A stretch of DNA of 64,000 nt from a virus (IMGVR_UViG_3300023214_000389); one strand, 5' to 3'; counted from the stretch's first letter, positions 40,071 to 48,685 are shown. The notes: generated by a model not told the origin, from the letters alone. Program-made: numbers and translations.

Positions 40071-40481
40071 ATGATGAAGAAAACCGATTCTGGGCCTTTG
40101 ATAGAGACTGAGGCTTCTCCTGAGAAGAAACTGGAAGCTACTTCCGAAGAACAGGTTGATACCAGCGCGTGGGATAACATCATCGAGCTTATCCTAAATC
40201 TGGACCCTGATAAGTACGGTAAGCCTTTCTCCGATGTTGAGCTTCAGAAGATGTGTGAGATCGTCTCTGCGGGCAGGGGGAAATTTCCTAAGAAAGTCAT
40301 CCCCTATGTGGAGCTTATGCGCAAGTTCCTTTTCGCAAACTATCAGCTCATCGCTTTGGCCGCTTTAGCTCACAAAACAGCCCAGGATAAATCCAAAGAA
40401 GAGAAACAGCTTGTCAAGCCGGCTAACTTCTCTGACCTGGGGAAGATAGAAGCCGAGAAGCTGAAGAATCAAGGTAGCTGA
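40071..40481 (+). CDS. small acidic hypothetical protein
   Basis: 136 aa, between the two GT9-like paralogs; ATGATGA overlap with next gene. Confidence 0.3.
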   Translation: MMKKTDSGPLIETEASPEKKLEATSEEQVDTSAWDNIIELILNLDPDKYGKPFSDVELQKMCEIVSAGRGKFPKKVIPYVELMRKFLFANYQLIALAALAHKTAQDKSKEEKQLVKPANFSDLGKIEAEKLKNQGS

Positions 40482-41617
40482 TGATGAACGTCACGAAGGT
40501 GCTAGTAACGAGATACGGCGGTGCCGGTGACATGATTATGATGGAACCGGTTTTAGAGGCATTGTACTACAAGTTCACGCCCGCAGAGATCCATCTTCGC
40601 ACGCATTTCCACTACACAGATCTTCATGAGTTCCACCCCCTGATTCAAAATATTGTTCCGGGTGTTCTAACAGCCAATCCGCAAGAGATGGCCAAAGGCA
40701 TTCTAAGCGACGAGAAGAAGCCTCAAGGGTTCGACTATTTCTATAACACAACCGGTAGCGTGGAAATGAACCGAGGCATACATGGTATAGATAGTTTTGC
40801 CTTTGCGTGCAGCGCAATCCCGTTCCGTAGAACCCCAGTGATGTATCTAGACCCCTCCGTCCCCGTAGAGTCCAGAGACATCGTGATCCATACCCCCAAA
40901 AAGACAGACAAGAGCCCACGAAACAACGACTTCAGAACGTTCGGAGCGTCGGCTGTGACCAAGTTTTTAGACCAGCAAGGTATAAAGTATGATTCTATTG
41001 TCGATATTGGGTCTGAACCAGAGACAGAAGACGCTCTACAAAATTTCGCCAGAACAATTGCCGGAGCCAAGCTGTTCATAGGCCCAGATTCGGCCGGGGC
41101 TCACATCGCCTCGGCGCTCAGCGTGCCAAGAATTGTAGCCGCATACACGGATTATTTCCCCGCAGGGATTAGAGCGTACCCAAACACTACAATCCCTGTT
41201 CGAGACAACAACATTGATGGCTTACTGAGTGCCGTTGAAACAGCCTACACAAGCCTACACAAGCCTCTACCAGATCCTCTAGTATCCCTGCTCGTAAAAT
41301 CACAGAAGTACGCTTACGGGAGAACCTGCGGCCCCCAGGATAAGGCAAATCAGTCGGGTTACGATCTGATCCAAAGGCTCCAAATAACTTTTGAAGAAAA
41401 CTGGAGACATGAGGTTTTTGATTTGATGGAAAGATTGTCCCCTAGGGGAATATTGTACTTGTACGAGAAGCACCCTAGGTTCGGTGGGACAGAAGATCCC
41501 ATAATGATCGCTAAATATCTAATCCAAACTTGTGGAATGGAAATTGTGGAATATTCTGCCACAGCAGACGAATATGGCCATTTTTTCGTCGAAGCTAGAA
41601 AGCTGGATCGTTCTTGA
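40481..41617 (+). CDS. GT9 heptosyltransferase-like protein (paralog of 38862..40007) with degenerate methyltransferase-like C-terminus
   Basis: 'KVLVTRYGGAGDMIMMEPVLEALYYKFTPAEIHL' and 'LFIGPDSAGAHIASALSVPRIVAAY' GT9 motifs; C-terminus 'RGILYLYEKHP...IVEYSATADEYGHFFVEARKLD' aligns with paralog C-terminus. Confidence 0.5.
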   Translation: MMNVTKVLVTRYGGAGDMIMMEPVLEALYYKFTPAEIHLRTHFHYTDLHEFHPLIQNIVPGVLTANPQEMAKGILSDEKKPQGFDYFYNTTGSVEMNRGIHGIDSFAFACSAIPFRRTPVMYLDPSVPVESRDIVIHTPKKTDKSPRNNDFRTFGASAVTKFLDQQGIKYDSIVDIGSEPETEDALQNFARTIAGAKLFIGPDSAGAHIASALSVPRIVAAYTDYFPAGIRAYPNTTIPVRDNNIDGLLSAVETAYTSLHKPLPDPLVSLLVKSQKYAYGRTCGPQDKANQSGYDLIQRLQITFEENWRHEVFDLMERLSPRGILYLYEKHPRFGGTEDPIMIAKYLIQTCGMEIVEYSATADEYGHFFVEARKLDRS

Positions 41618-41652
41618 CAATCCATATAACTTAAAACTCGGAGTATAAGATT

Positions 41653-41895
41653 TTGGAAACTGAATTAACTGGACCTTTTTCTAAATCTCGACAATGGCTT
41701 TTGAATTACCTATCAACAGCTAAATTTAGAAATGAAATTATACAAGGGTCATTAAAAGCTGATTGGTCTGAGGTGGAGCACGCACGTGCCGCCTATTTAC
41801 TGGGATGTCTTTGGGGGCGTTTGAGACAAGTAGATTCTTCCCTTGAGAATGCTACTGAATATGGAGCATTAGTAATAGAGGAGCTAAATGAATAA
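41653..41895 (+). CDS. hypothetical protein
   Basis: 80 aa, TTG start per ORF track; stop overlaps next ATG. Confidence 0.25.
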   Translation: METELTGPFSKSRQWLLNYLSTAKFRNEIIQGSLKADWSEVEHARAAYLLGCLWGRLRQVDSSLENATEYGALVIEELNE

Positions 41896-42527
41896 TGCAA
41901 GACTTCATAGTTTTAGACAATTGGCTTCCAATAGGGCAAGCAGAGGAAATTGCATCCAAAATTAGCAGAATACAAAATTGGGATGTTAGAATATGTGACA
42001 AAGACGGGGGCCCAAGAGTTGTAAAAAATGAGAGTCTCAAAAGTTTGGGAATAACAGCAGAGGAGTATGCTAAAGACTATCCAGAAAGTTTGGCCCAATT
42101 AGCCCGTGGCGGAACAATGGCTTACTTGTTCTTTGTCAAACATCTTTCTGAATTTGACCCTATCCTTCTAAATTGGTTTAATACAGAATTCTTGTCTACG
42201 GCTAATATGATTACTGAACAAGAGAATAACTATACAGAAGAGCCCCAGGTAACTATGTATTCATCTGGGTGCTTTCTTGGGCAACATAGTGATGGAGTCG
42301 GCTCTAGGCAGGTTGCCTTTATTGCAAATTTCACACGCAATTGGCAACCTGATTTTGGTGGGTGTCTTACTATTCTTACACAAGGCAAGTGGCAGGTAAT
42401 ACCTCCAAAATTCAATTCGATTGTTTTTATGAATGTTAGATCAGCAAATTGTCACTATGTTAGTCAAGTTTCGAGCTGGGTACAAAACAACAGAACCGCC
42501 ATTACAGGGTGGATAGGTAGAAGATAA
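41895..42527 (+). CDS. 2OG-Fe(II) oxygenase, prolyl 4-hydroxylase-like (2OG-FeII_Oxy_3-type)
   Basis: 210 aa; 'FLGQHSDGVG' (HxD), 'NWQPDFGGCLTIL' and C-terminal 'CHYVSQVS...NRTAITGWI' (H...R.S/TGW) match P4H-like dioxygenase core. Confidence 0.55.
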   Translation: MQDFIVLDNWLPIGQAEEIASKISRIQNWDVRICDKDGGPRVVKNESLKSLGITAEEYAKDYPESLAQLARGGTMAYLFFVKHLSEFDPILLNWFNTEFLSTANMITEQENNYTEEPQVTMYSSGCFLGQHSDGVGSRQVAFIANFTRNWQPDFGGCLTILTQGKWQVIPPKFNSIVFMNVRSANCHYVSQVSSWVQNNRTAITGWIGRR

Positions 42528-42528
42528 A

Positions 42529-43224
42529 ATGCCAAAACCAAAGCAACAAAAGCGCCTCCTAGTAGGTATTGCGCTTGACAGAAGTAGCTCTATGAACAGT
42601 GTTAAAGCTGAAACCATAAGCGGAACTAACGAACAATTTTCTGCTTTACGAGATTCTGATGATGCTGAAAATACCTTTGTTGCATTCGTTACATTTAATC
42701 AAATGGTTTTTCCTGTGTTTAACGATGGAGACATAAACAATCGAAAACCAATTCTCGTTCCATGCTCCAACCTTAAAGATATAGGGGATAATGATTACTT
42801 CCCAAGCGGTACTACTGCCATGAGAGATGGCGTTTTAGAATTGATTGAGTTTTTCGAAAATGAAGCTAAACCAATTGATGACGTATTAATTATTGTTATT
42901 TCTGACGGCATGGAAAACGCATCAAAGAGGATTTCTTCAGAAGAACTAGCTTCCAGGGTTAAAGAGCTTCAAGATGCGGGATGGAATTTTACCTATATTG
43001 GGGCTAACCAAGACCTTACCCAAGTAGCAGCAGAAACAGGAATTCATGCGGGTAATATACTTAAATGGACAGCAGATTCAGTAGGAACAAGTGAAGCACA
43101 TTATACAGTTTCTAATGCTGTACGTGCTTACACTTTAAGTCGTTCAGAATCTATTAAAAATGGTAATATGGACAGAGTTTCAACTAATTGTTTATACAGT
43201 GATTCTACTAGAGATGAAAACTAA
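42529..43224 (+). CDS. von Willebrand factor A (vWA) domain protein
   Basis: 231 aa; MIDAS 'DRSSSM', downstream 'T' and 'ISDGMEN' elements in typical spacing. Confidence 0.55.
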   Translation: MPKPKQQKRLLVGIALDRSSSMNSVKAETISGTNEQFSALRDSDDAENTFVAFVTFNQMVFPVFNDGDINNRKPILVPCSNLKDIGDNDYFPSGTTAMRDGVLELIEFFENEAKPIDDVLIIVISDGMENASKRISSEELASRVKELQDAGWNFTYIGANQDLTQVAAETGIHAGNILKWTADSVGTSEAHYTVSNAVRAYTLSRSESIKNGNMDRVSTNCLYSDSTRDEN

Positions 43225-44540
43225 TGGAGGAATTAAGTTTAGAACAAAAAGAATGCTTTGATGCTGCTATGAGCGATCGGAATGTATTTATTTCCGGAGC
43301 CGGAGGAGTTGGAAAATCTTTCTTAGTTAATGAAATCATAAAAGAATTCAAAGCTAGAGAAAGAAATTGTAGTGTCACAGCTTCCACTGGCGTTGCAGCT
43401 CTCAACGTAGGCGGGGTTACCATTCATTCTTTTTTAGGTACTGCAATAGCAGGGAATATAGAAGAGGCGAAAGTTAAATTAGGAACAAAAGCTCACCATT
43501 TTGCTATTGATAGGCTAAGAAGCGTACATTCTGTTATTGTTGATGAAATCTCCATGTTATCAGGAGATTATTTAACAATGATGGATTTCTGGATGCGTCA
43601 GTTAAGAGGTAACAATGAGCAGCCGTTTGGCGGATGTCAGGTAATCCTAGTAGGTGACTTTCTTCAGTTGCCTCCTGTTGAGAGAGATAGAAAGCCTCAA
43701 TATCGCTATGCATTTAATTCTCCCTCATGGGAAGAAGCCAACTTCGAAACTTTTGATCTAACTAGATCATTTAGACAGCAGGACCAAACTTTCATAAATG
43801 CTTTAAATAGAATTAGATTTGGCGATTATTCCAAAGAAGTTCGAAAAGTTTTTCGTCCATGCGTTGGAAGAGAGCTGGAAGATCCAACGTTCTTGGTATC
43901 AACTAACAAGGAAGCATCGGACATCAACGGCAGTAAGTTCATGATGCACCCTGGAGAGACATTTTCTGCAAAACCTTTGTTTTCAATGTCAGAAAATTTC
44001 AAATATGTGTTTAAGAAAAACAAAGATTTCTGGAAAGATATAAAAGGAAAACTGTCGAAAAATAGTTTAACAGATTGCCCATTAAGGTTGAAAATAGGAG
44101 TTCCTGTTCTTGTACTAAAGAATAACAGAATTAAAGGTTACGTTAACGGACAAAGAGGCTTGGTATCTGACATTCAAGTTACACCAAACAAAGAAATTAC
44201 AAGTGTTACAGTTGAGTTTCTTGACGGAAACTCTGTTTCTATCGAAAGAGAATCTTGGGATTGGCTGGACCCTAACAGATCTGTAATGGGTACAATGCAT
44301 CATTTTCCCCTAAGGCTAGGGTGGTCTATAACTATCCATAAAAGCCAAGGTCTTACGCTAGATAATGTAGAAGTGGACCTAAGTAAAGGATTTGCTGCTG
44401 GGCAAGCTTATGTAGCCCTATCTAGAATGAAGTCCCTAGAAGGTCTTGCCCTAACTGATGCAATAAACCCAGGAATAGTAAAAGCAGACAAAGAAATCAT
44501 CGACTTTTATGACAAGTCTAGGATAGCTAGAGAATCCTAA
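43224..44540 (+). CDS. SF1B DNA helicase, Pif1/RecD/Dda-like
   Basis: 438 aa; Walker A 'SGAGGVGKSFL', 'VIVDEISML', 'VILVGDFLQLPPV', C-terminal 'HKSQGLTLDNVEV...AYVALSRMKSLEGL' (UvrD_C_2-like). Confidence 0.7.
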   Translation: MEELSLEQKECFDAAMSDRNVFISGAGGVGKSFLVNEIIKEFKARERNCSVTASTGVAALNVGGVTIHSFLGTAIAGNIEEAKVKLGTKAHHFAIDRLRSVHSVIVDEISMLSGDYLTMMDFWMRQLRGNNEQPFGGCQVILVGDFLQLPPVERDRKPQYRYAFNSPSWEEANFETFDLTRSFRQQDQTFINALNRIRFGDYSKEVRKVFRPCVGRELEDPTFLVSTNKEASDINGSKFMMHPGETFSAKPLFSMSENFKYVFKKNKDFWKDIKGKLSKNSLTDCPLRLKIGVPVLVLKNNRIKGYVNGQRGLVSDIQVTPNKEITSVTVEFLDGNSVSIERESWDWLDPNRSVMGTMHHFPLRLGWSITIHKSQGLTLDNVEVDLSKGFAAGQAYVALSRMKSLEGLALTDAINPGIVKADKEIIDFYDKSRIARES

Positions 44541-44728
44541 TGTCTGGACCCAACGTTTCTAAAGGCTCTGAATGTTGGGGAGGGATAAAAACAGCCTGGA
44601 GATGTAAGGTTACAGGGTTTTCAAAGCATAACTGTGTTCAAATTATACGGCTAAATGGTCCCCTGGAGGGAAGGCCAGCTCTCGTCCCTAAAGAAACATT
44701 GAGTAGAACTCAAGGAAAGAGGGGTTAG
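44540..44728 (+). CDS. hypothetical protein
   Basis: 62-aa ORF, ATG overlaps helicase stop. Confidence 0.2.
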   Translation: MSGPNVSKGSECWGGIKTAWRCKVTGFSKHNCVQIIRLNGPLEGRPALVPKETLSRTQGKRG

Positions 44729-44764
44729 AAGTCTAAAGAGACTGTAAGAGAGATTATCTCTTAA

Positions 44765-47308
44765 TTGAGCCTGCACTGGGAGAGTTTTGTGTCGGATACC
44801 CAGAAGTGCCCCCACTGTGGAAGTGATTCACTTCAAAAACGTGGACTTACCAGATCAGAAGAACCAAAGCAGCAATATGCTTGCAATGAATGTGGACGCT
44901 GGTCTTTAATATCTATAGTTGAATTAAAAAGTGGTCCTGAATTCTTTCTTGATAAAAAGAAAGTAGCTGAGTTAGAACGTAAAGAAAGATATTTCATAAC
45001 TAGCTCACAAAATAACACTCATATAGACAGAAATTTCTGGAAAGCCATCAAACACTATACTAAGGAAAATGGCTCAGAACTTCTAATCCTCCCTATTCGT
45101 TACAAGAATCCTACATCTTACCTTCAGCCGCAAGATGATGACGATGCTGTATGGTGGCCTGAAGAAGTTCTAGATTATCTTGTTGAAAATAAGTTAAAAA
45201 TACACCCAGAACTGTGGATTATGGGGAACATGAGAATCCAAGCCACAATGGTAAACCCCCTATCTGGTTTGGAGGGCATGAGCCAGTATGCTTCTGCTAT
45301 CTACGGTCACGGGCAGCTTCAGATGAAGACAGTCCCTACTCCGCAGAATGCTCTTCCTAAGATACTTCACACTACTGGATCGTGTAGTGTTAAAAATTAT
45401 AGTAAAACCAAAGCAGGAGTTAAAGGTGAGTTTCACCACTCCAAAGCCGGACTAGTTGTGGAAAAGAAAGGAAAGAAATTCCACCTTAGACAAGTCATTT
45501 GGGATGGGGAATGCTTTTACGATTTAGATAAAAAGTACACCGCCAATGGAGTTACAAGAAACCACAGAATAGATGCCTTAGTAACCGGTGACGAACACGT
45601 TCTATTTAACGATCCGGAAGTAAAAGCTGCTACATACACTGACAATGGTTCTATAGCTAACACATTAAAACCGAAAGTTATAGTCCGTCATGATGTTTTT
45701 GACGGATACAGTATATCTCACCATCACAGAAACAATCCAGTTACTCAATACATAAAATGGAGAGAAAACATAAACAAAGTTGAAGATGAGTTGCAAGCCA
45801 CTATAAACTTCATAGAAGAAACCACCCCCCAAAATGCAACAAACATAATAGTTTCTTCAAACCATAATGAGCATCTGTATAGATGGTTAAGAGAAGTAGA
45901 TTGGAAAGCAGAGCCATGGAATGCCAAAATATATCACTGGTTTTGGTATAATATGCTAAATGAAGCTGAATTTGGGGAGTCTGGAGCTTTTACTTTCGAC
46001 CCATTCGCGTATTGGGCAGAACAGAACATGGACTCTAATTGCCCCATCAAATTCCTGGGGCGCGATGAGTCTTTCGTGGTAAACAAAATTGAGTTGTCTT
46101 TGCACGGAGACCTGGGTCCAAATGGTAGCAGGGGTTCTGCGGTCAACCTGAACAAAATTGGTATTCGGTCTGTAATCGGGCATTGCCTTACAGGAGACCA
46201 CGACGTACTAACGAGATCTGGATGGAAAAGCATAGCCGATGTTCCTTCTGGAAGTGAAATTCTTACTACAAAAGATGGTCATAACATTTGGTCTAAAACA
46301 ACAGAAAAACAAGAATATCTATATAGCGGAAAATTAGTTAACTTAAACCATTTAGGGCAGACTGTTACGCCAAATCACAGGATGGCTATGTCGGACGGAT
46401 CTTTAGTTCCTGTGTGTGAAGCTATTATGACAAGGAAAGCTAACGAGGTACCTATTTCTGCCGCTCCTTGCTCTGAAGGTATAATCTCTATACCAGAAAT
46501 GCCTTTGCGAAGACTTGTAGCTGCGTGTGCTGATGGCAGCTTTTACAAAAATAGTCTGTCTTTCAACCTAAAAAAGAATCGTAAGCACGAAAGGCTGAAG
46601 TTCTTGTTCGGTGATTCCCTTCGTGACAAAGGATCTGTCAAAGGCAACGGAGCAATTCGAAGAACAGTATCTATGGGTTCTGAACCCTACAAAGAAATCA
46701 TCAAGTATATAAATCCAACCACAGAATGTAAAAGACTACCTCATTGGTTTATAGACTTATCGGAAGAATGCCGATCAATAGTCATTGACGAACTAGTATA
46801 CTGGGATGGCACAGGAAGAGATTGCGAAGCAGGAAAACAGTTCTCGACTTCAAAAGAGGACGAAGCTAATATAGTTGCAGCTTTGTGTACTTTACAAGGA
46901 TACCGTACAATCTTCTTAGAAAGGGTAGACCACGGACGCACAGAGTATTTGGTTACTTGGACACAAGGCGAGCCAGCACACAGCACTGATCAAGAGCATG
47001 ACGAAGCGCGTATAGGAGCTTGGCAGGCAAATACTATAAATGTCGAGAATGAGGCCGTATATTGTTTCACAGTTCCCGAAACCCATTGTTTTTGGGTAAG
47101 GGACAAGAAAAAGGGAAAGGTCTCGTTAACTGGAAATTCCCACAGCCCTTGTATAGAAAAGGGCGTCGTGCAAGTAGGAACCAGCTCCTACCTGAAGCTG
47201 GAGTACAACCCAGGTCCCAGCTCGTGGATGAATTCTCATTGTGTTGTATATAAGAATGGAAAACGAGCCCTACTCAACGTACTCGACGGCGGAGAATGGC
47301 GCGGGTAG
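44765..47308 (+). CDS. Zn-ribbon + calcineurin-like metallophosphoesterase-like protein interrupted by an intein
   Basis: N-terminal 'CPHCGS...CNECGRW' zinc ribbon; phosphoesterase-like motifs 'VTGDEHV', 'HDVFDG', 'SSNHNEH', 'LHGD', and 'VIGH|...|SHSP' (GH.H split by intein); TTG start per track. Confidence 0.5.
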   Translation: MSLHWESFVSDTQKCPHCGSDSLQKRGLTRSEEPKQQYACNECGRWSLISIVELKSGPEFFLDKKKVAELERKERYFITSSQNNTHIDRNFWKAIKHYTKENGSELLILPIRYKNPTSYLQPQDDDDAVWWPEEVLDYLVENKLKIHPELWIMGNMRIQATMVNPLSGLEGMSQYASAIYGHGQLQMKTVPTPQNALPKILHTTGSCSVKNYSKTKAGVKGEFHHSKAGLVVEKKGKKFHLRQVIWDGECFYDLDKKYTANGVTRNHRIDALVTGDEHVLFNDPEVKAATYTDNGSIANTLKPKVIVRHDVFDGYSISHHHRNNPVTQYIKWRENINKVEDELQATINFIEETTPQNATNIIVSSNHNEHLYRWLREVDWKAEPWNAKIYHWFWYNMLNEAEFGESGAFTFDPFAYWAEQNMDSNCPIKFLGRDESFVVNKIELSLHGDLGPNGSRGSAVNLNKIGIRSVIGHCLTGDHDVLTRSGWKSIADVPSGSEILTTKDGHNIWSKTTEKQEYLYSGKLVNLNHLGQTVTPNHRMAMSDGSLVPVCEAIMTRKANEVPISAAPCSEGIISIPEMPLRRLVAACADGSFYKNSLSFNLKKNRKHERLKFLFGDSLRDKGSVKGNGAIRRTVSMGSEPYKEIIKYINPTTECKRLPHWFIDLSEECRSIVIDELVYWDGTGRDCEAGKQFSTSKEDEANIVAALCTLQGYRTIFLERVDHGRTEYLVTWTQGEPAHSTDQEHDEARIGAWQANTINVENEAVYCFTVPETHCFWVRDKKKGKVSLTGNSHSPCIEKGVVQVGTSSYLKLEYNPGPSSWMNSHCVVYKNGKRALLNVLDGGEWRG
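46184..47137 (+). other. intein with LAGLIDADG homing-endonuclease domain (318 aa)
   Basis: Block A 'CLTGDHDVLT', block B 'GQTVTPNHRM' (TxxH), LAGLIDADG-like 'LVAACADGSFY' and 'IDELVYWDGTG', block F 'VYCFTVPETHCFWV', C-terminal 'SLTGN' followed by +1 Ser; penultimate Gly instead of His. Confidence 0.6.
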
Positions 47309-47361
47309 CGGCACCGAGAAAACCCTCCGACCCATGAATCGAAATATCCAACCCCAGTTGC

Positions 47362-47375
47362 TCTTTCGGTGGGTT
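47362..47375 (+). repeat. 14-bp direct repeat GGGTTAGACTAAAG (copy 1)
   Basis: exact copy also at 48636..48649; the two copies bracket the lipoprotein and SPFH genes. Confidence 0.8.
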
Positions 47376-47453
47376 AGACTAAAGGCTGTATAGAGCCGGG
47401 AACTCTCAGTAAACTCGCCCTGGTCGGGAACTCCTTTGTGAGTTGCACCCCGT

Positions 47454-47482
47454 GAGGCCCGGAAGTCTGTCTTCCGGGCCTC
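47454..47482 (+). terminator. terminator-like hairpin
   Basis: GAGGCCCGGAAG-TCTGT-CTTCCGGGCCTC perfect 12-bp stem followed by ATTTG; 146 nt after the intein-containing gene. Confidence 0.45.
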
Positions 47483-47504
47483 ATTTGCAAGAGATGGAGA
47501 ATGA

Positions 47505-47822
47505 ATGTTAGAAAGAGTTACTGTAGCTGGATTTGCTCTGATTCTTTTTCTTTCTGGATGTGCTTCCCCGTTGGAATGCTACAAAATTGAATCAGCAGAT
47601 ACATGGGTATCTGGTGGGCCCCAAAGTTGGGAATCTGATTCAGAGTCCAATAACCGACGAGGAAGAACAACAGATCAAACTAGGTCTAATGGGGATGGTT
47701 GGAGTGTTGACGTTGGCTTGAACTTACATTGGGGTGCAAATTCCTGTGACTGGGTTTATGTAGATGAAGAAAAAAGCCCACCTCCGGGAAACCAGAAGCC
47801 TGGGAGATCTACTCCAGATTAG
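47505..47822 (+). CDS. small lipoprotein
   Basis: 105 aa; signal peptide with lipobox 'LFLSGC'; GGAG RBS upstream. Confidence 0.5.
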   Translation: MLERVTVAGFALILFLSGCASPLECYKIESADTWVSGGPQSWESDSESNNRRGRTTDQTRSNGDGWSVDVGLNLHWGANSCDWVYVDEEKSPPPGNQKPGRSTPD

Positions 47823-48384
47823 GAATACCTTTGGATCCTATAGACCCATCTCCTACGATAGATATTACTTGAGTTGGGGCAAAAGTAGTTAATCTAGCAA
47901 TTTCAACATTTACTCCAAAATTCTTTACAGCATTTTGAACTTCTCTCGTCAATCTGTTGTCTATTTTTGCCCTGCCTTCATTGATATCTTGAACTGTCTC
48001 TGCTAACACTGCTTTCCTGATTCCTGTTTGCGCGGCCTCAGACATAGAATCAGCAGCGTCATAGTTTTCAACCATAAACATATACAAATCAGTAATTGAA
48101 TATATTACAACTCCGCCCACAACAACGTTAGTGTTCCCATTAGGCGACGTATCATCTTTACAAACCACTGTTTGTCTGGGAAGCTCCATGACTTGTCTTA
48201 CGACCGGGTATATCTCTAGCTGCGTTGTTATAGGCCAATAGACATGAATTCCCGGCTCAACTACCTTAGCTTTATCTCTTACGAATTTTATGGCCTTTTC
48301 TGTGGCTCTAACATGAAATATTTGCGGAATCCAATTAGCAAACCACGTTACTAGTTCTCCTATCCACCCAAGAGCTGCATCCAT
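47809..48384 (-). CDS. SPFH / band-7 (stomatin-prohibitin-like) membrane protein
   Basis: 191 aa; hydrophobic N-terminus then '...EPGIHVYWPITTQLEIYPVVRQ...TSPNGNTNVVVGGVVIYSITDLYMFMVENYD...EAAQTGIRKAVLAETVQDINEGRAKI...GVNVEIARLTTF' consistent with SPFH core. Confidence 0.5.
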   Translation of the reverse strand: MDAALGWIGELVTWFANWIPQIFHVRATEKAIKFVRDKAKVVEPGIHVYWPITTQLEIYPVVRQVMELPRQTVVCKDDTSPNGNTNVVVGGVVIYSITDLYMFMVENYDAADSMSEAAQTGIRKAVLAETVQDINEGRAKIDNRLTREVQNAVKNFGVNVEIARLTTFAPTQVISIVGDGSIGSKGIPNLE

Positions 48385-48635
48385 GCGAAGTAACCTCCTG
48401 TATAAAGATAACTTGGGATACTTTAGGAGAGCAGCTTATGTTTTCCCGTAGGGAAATTCCCCCTTTAGGAATAAAGGATCCAAAATCGCTTCTATAGCAA
48501 TATTATTATGTACTATAGTCAATATAAATTAGAGCCGTATTAGCGTATCTAGACCTACATTTTAGGGGACTATATCCATGCTATATAGGCACAGACCACG
48601 ATAGAGCCAGTTTATAGGCAAATAGGGTTATATTT

Positions 48636-48649
48636 GGGTTAGACTAAAG
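48636..48649 (+). repeat. 14-bp direct repeat GGGTTAGACTAAAG (copy 2)
   Basis: exact match to 47362..47375. Confidence 0.8.
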
Positions 48650-48685
48650 TCTTCACATCCTCAGGCAGTCTCACCTTACATCCTG

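Noticed and set aside
44765-45000. IS1595-family transposase (because of the N-terminal CPHCGS...C..C zinc ribbon)
   Set aside because: Rest of the protein shows metallophosphoesterase-type motifs, not a DDE catalytic domain; no terminal inverted repeats nearby
47309-47504. Possible tRNA gene in the intergenic region after the intein-containing gene
   Set aside because: No GTTCRAnyC T-loop, no plausible acceptor/anticodon stem arrangement; the structured element is a simple 12-bp-stem terminator hairpin
47362-48649. Integrated IS/transposon with its own transposase
   Set aside because: No transposase or integrase gene and no terminal inverted repeats; only short direct repeats, so treated as a moron-like insertion
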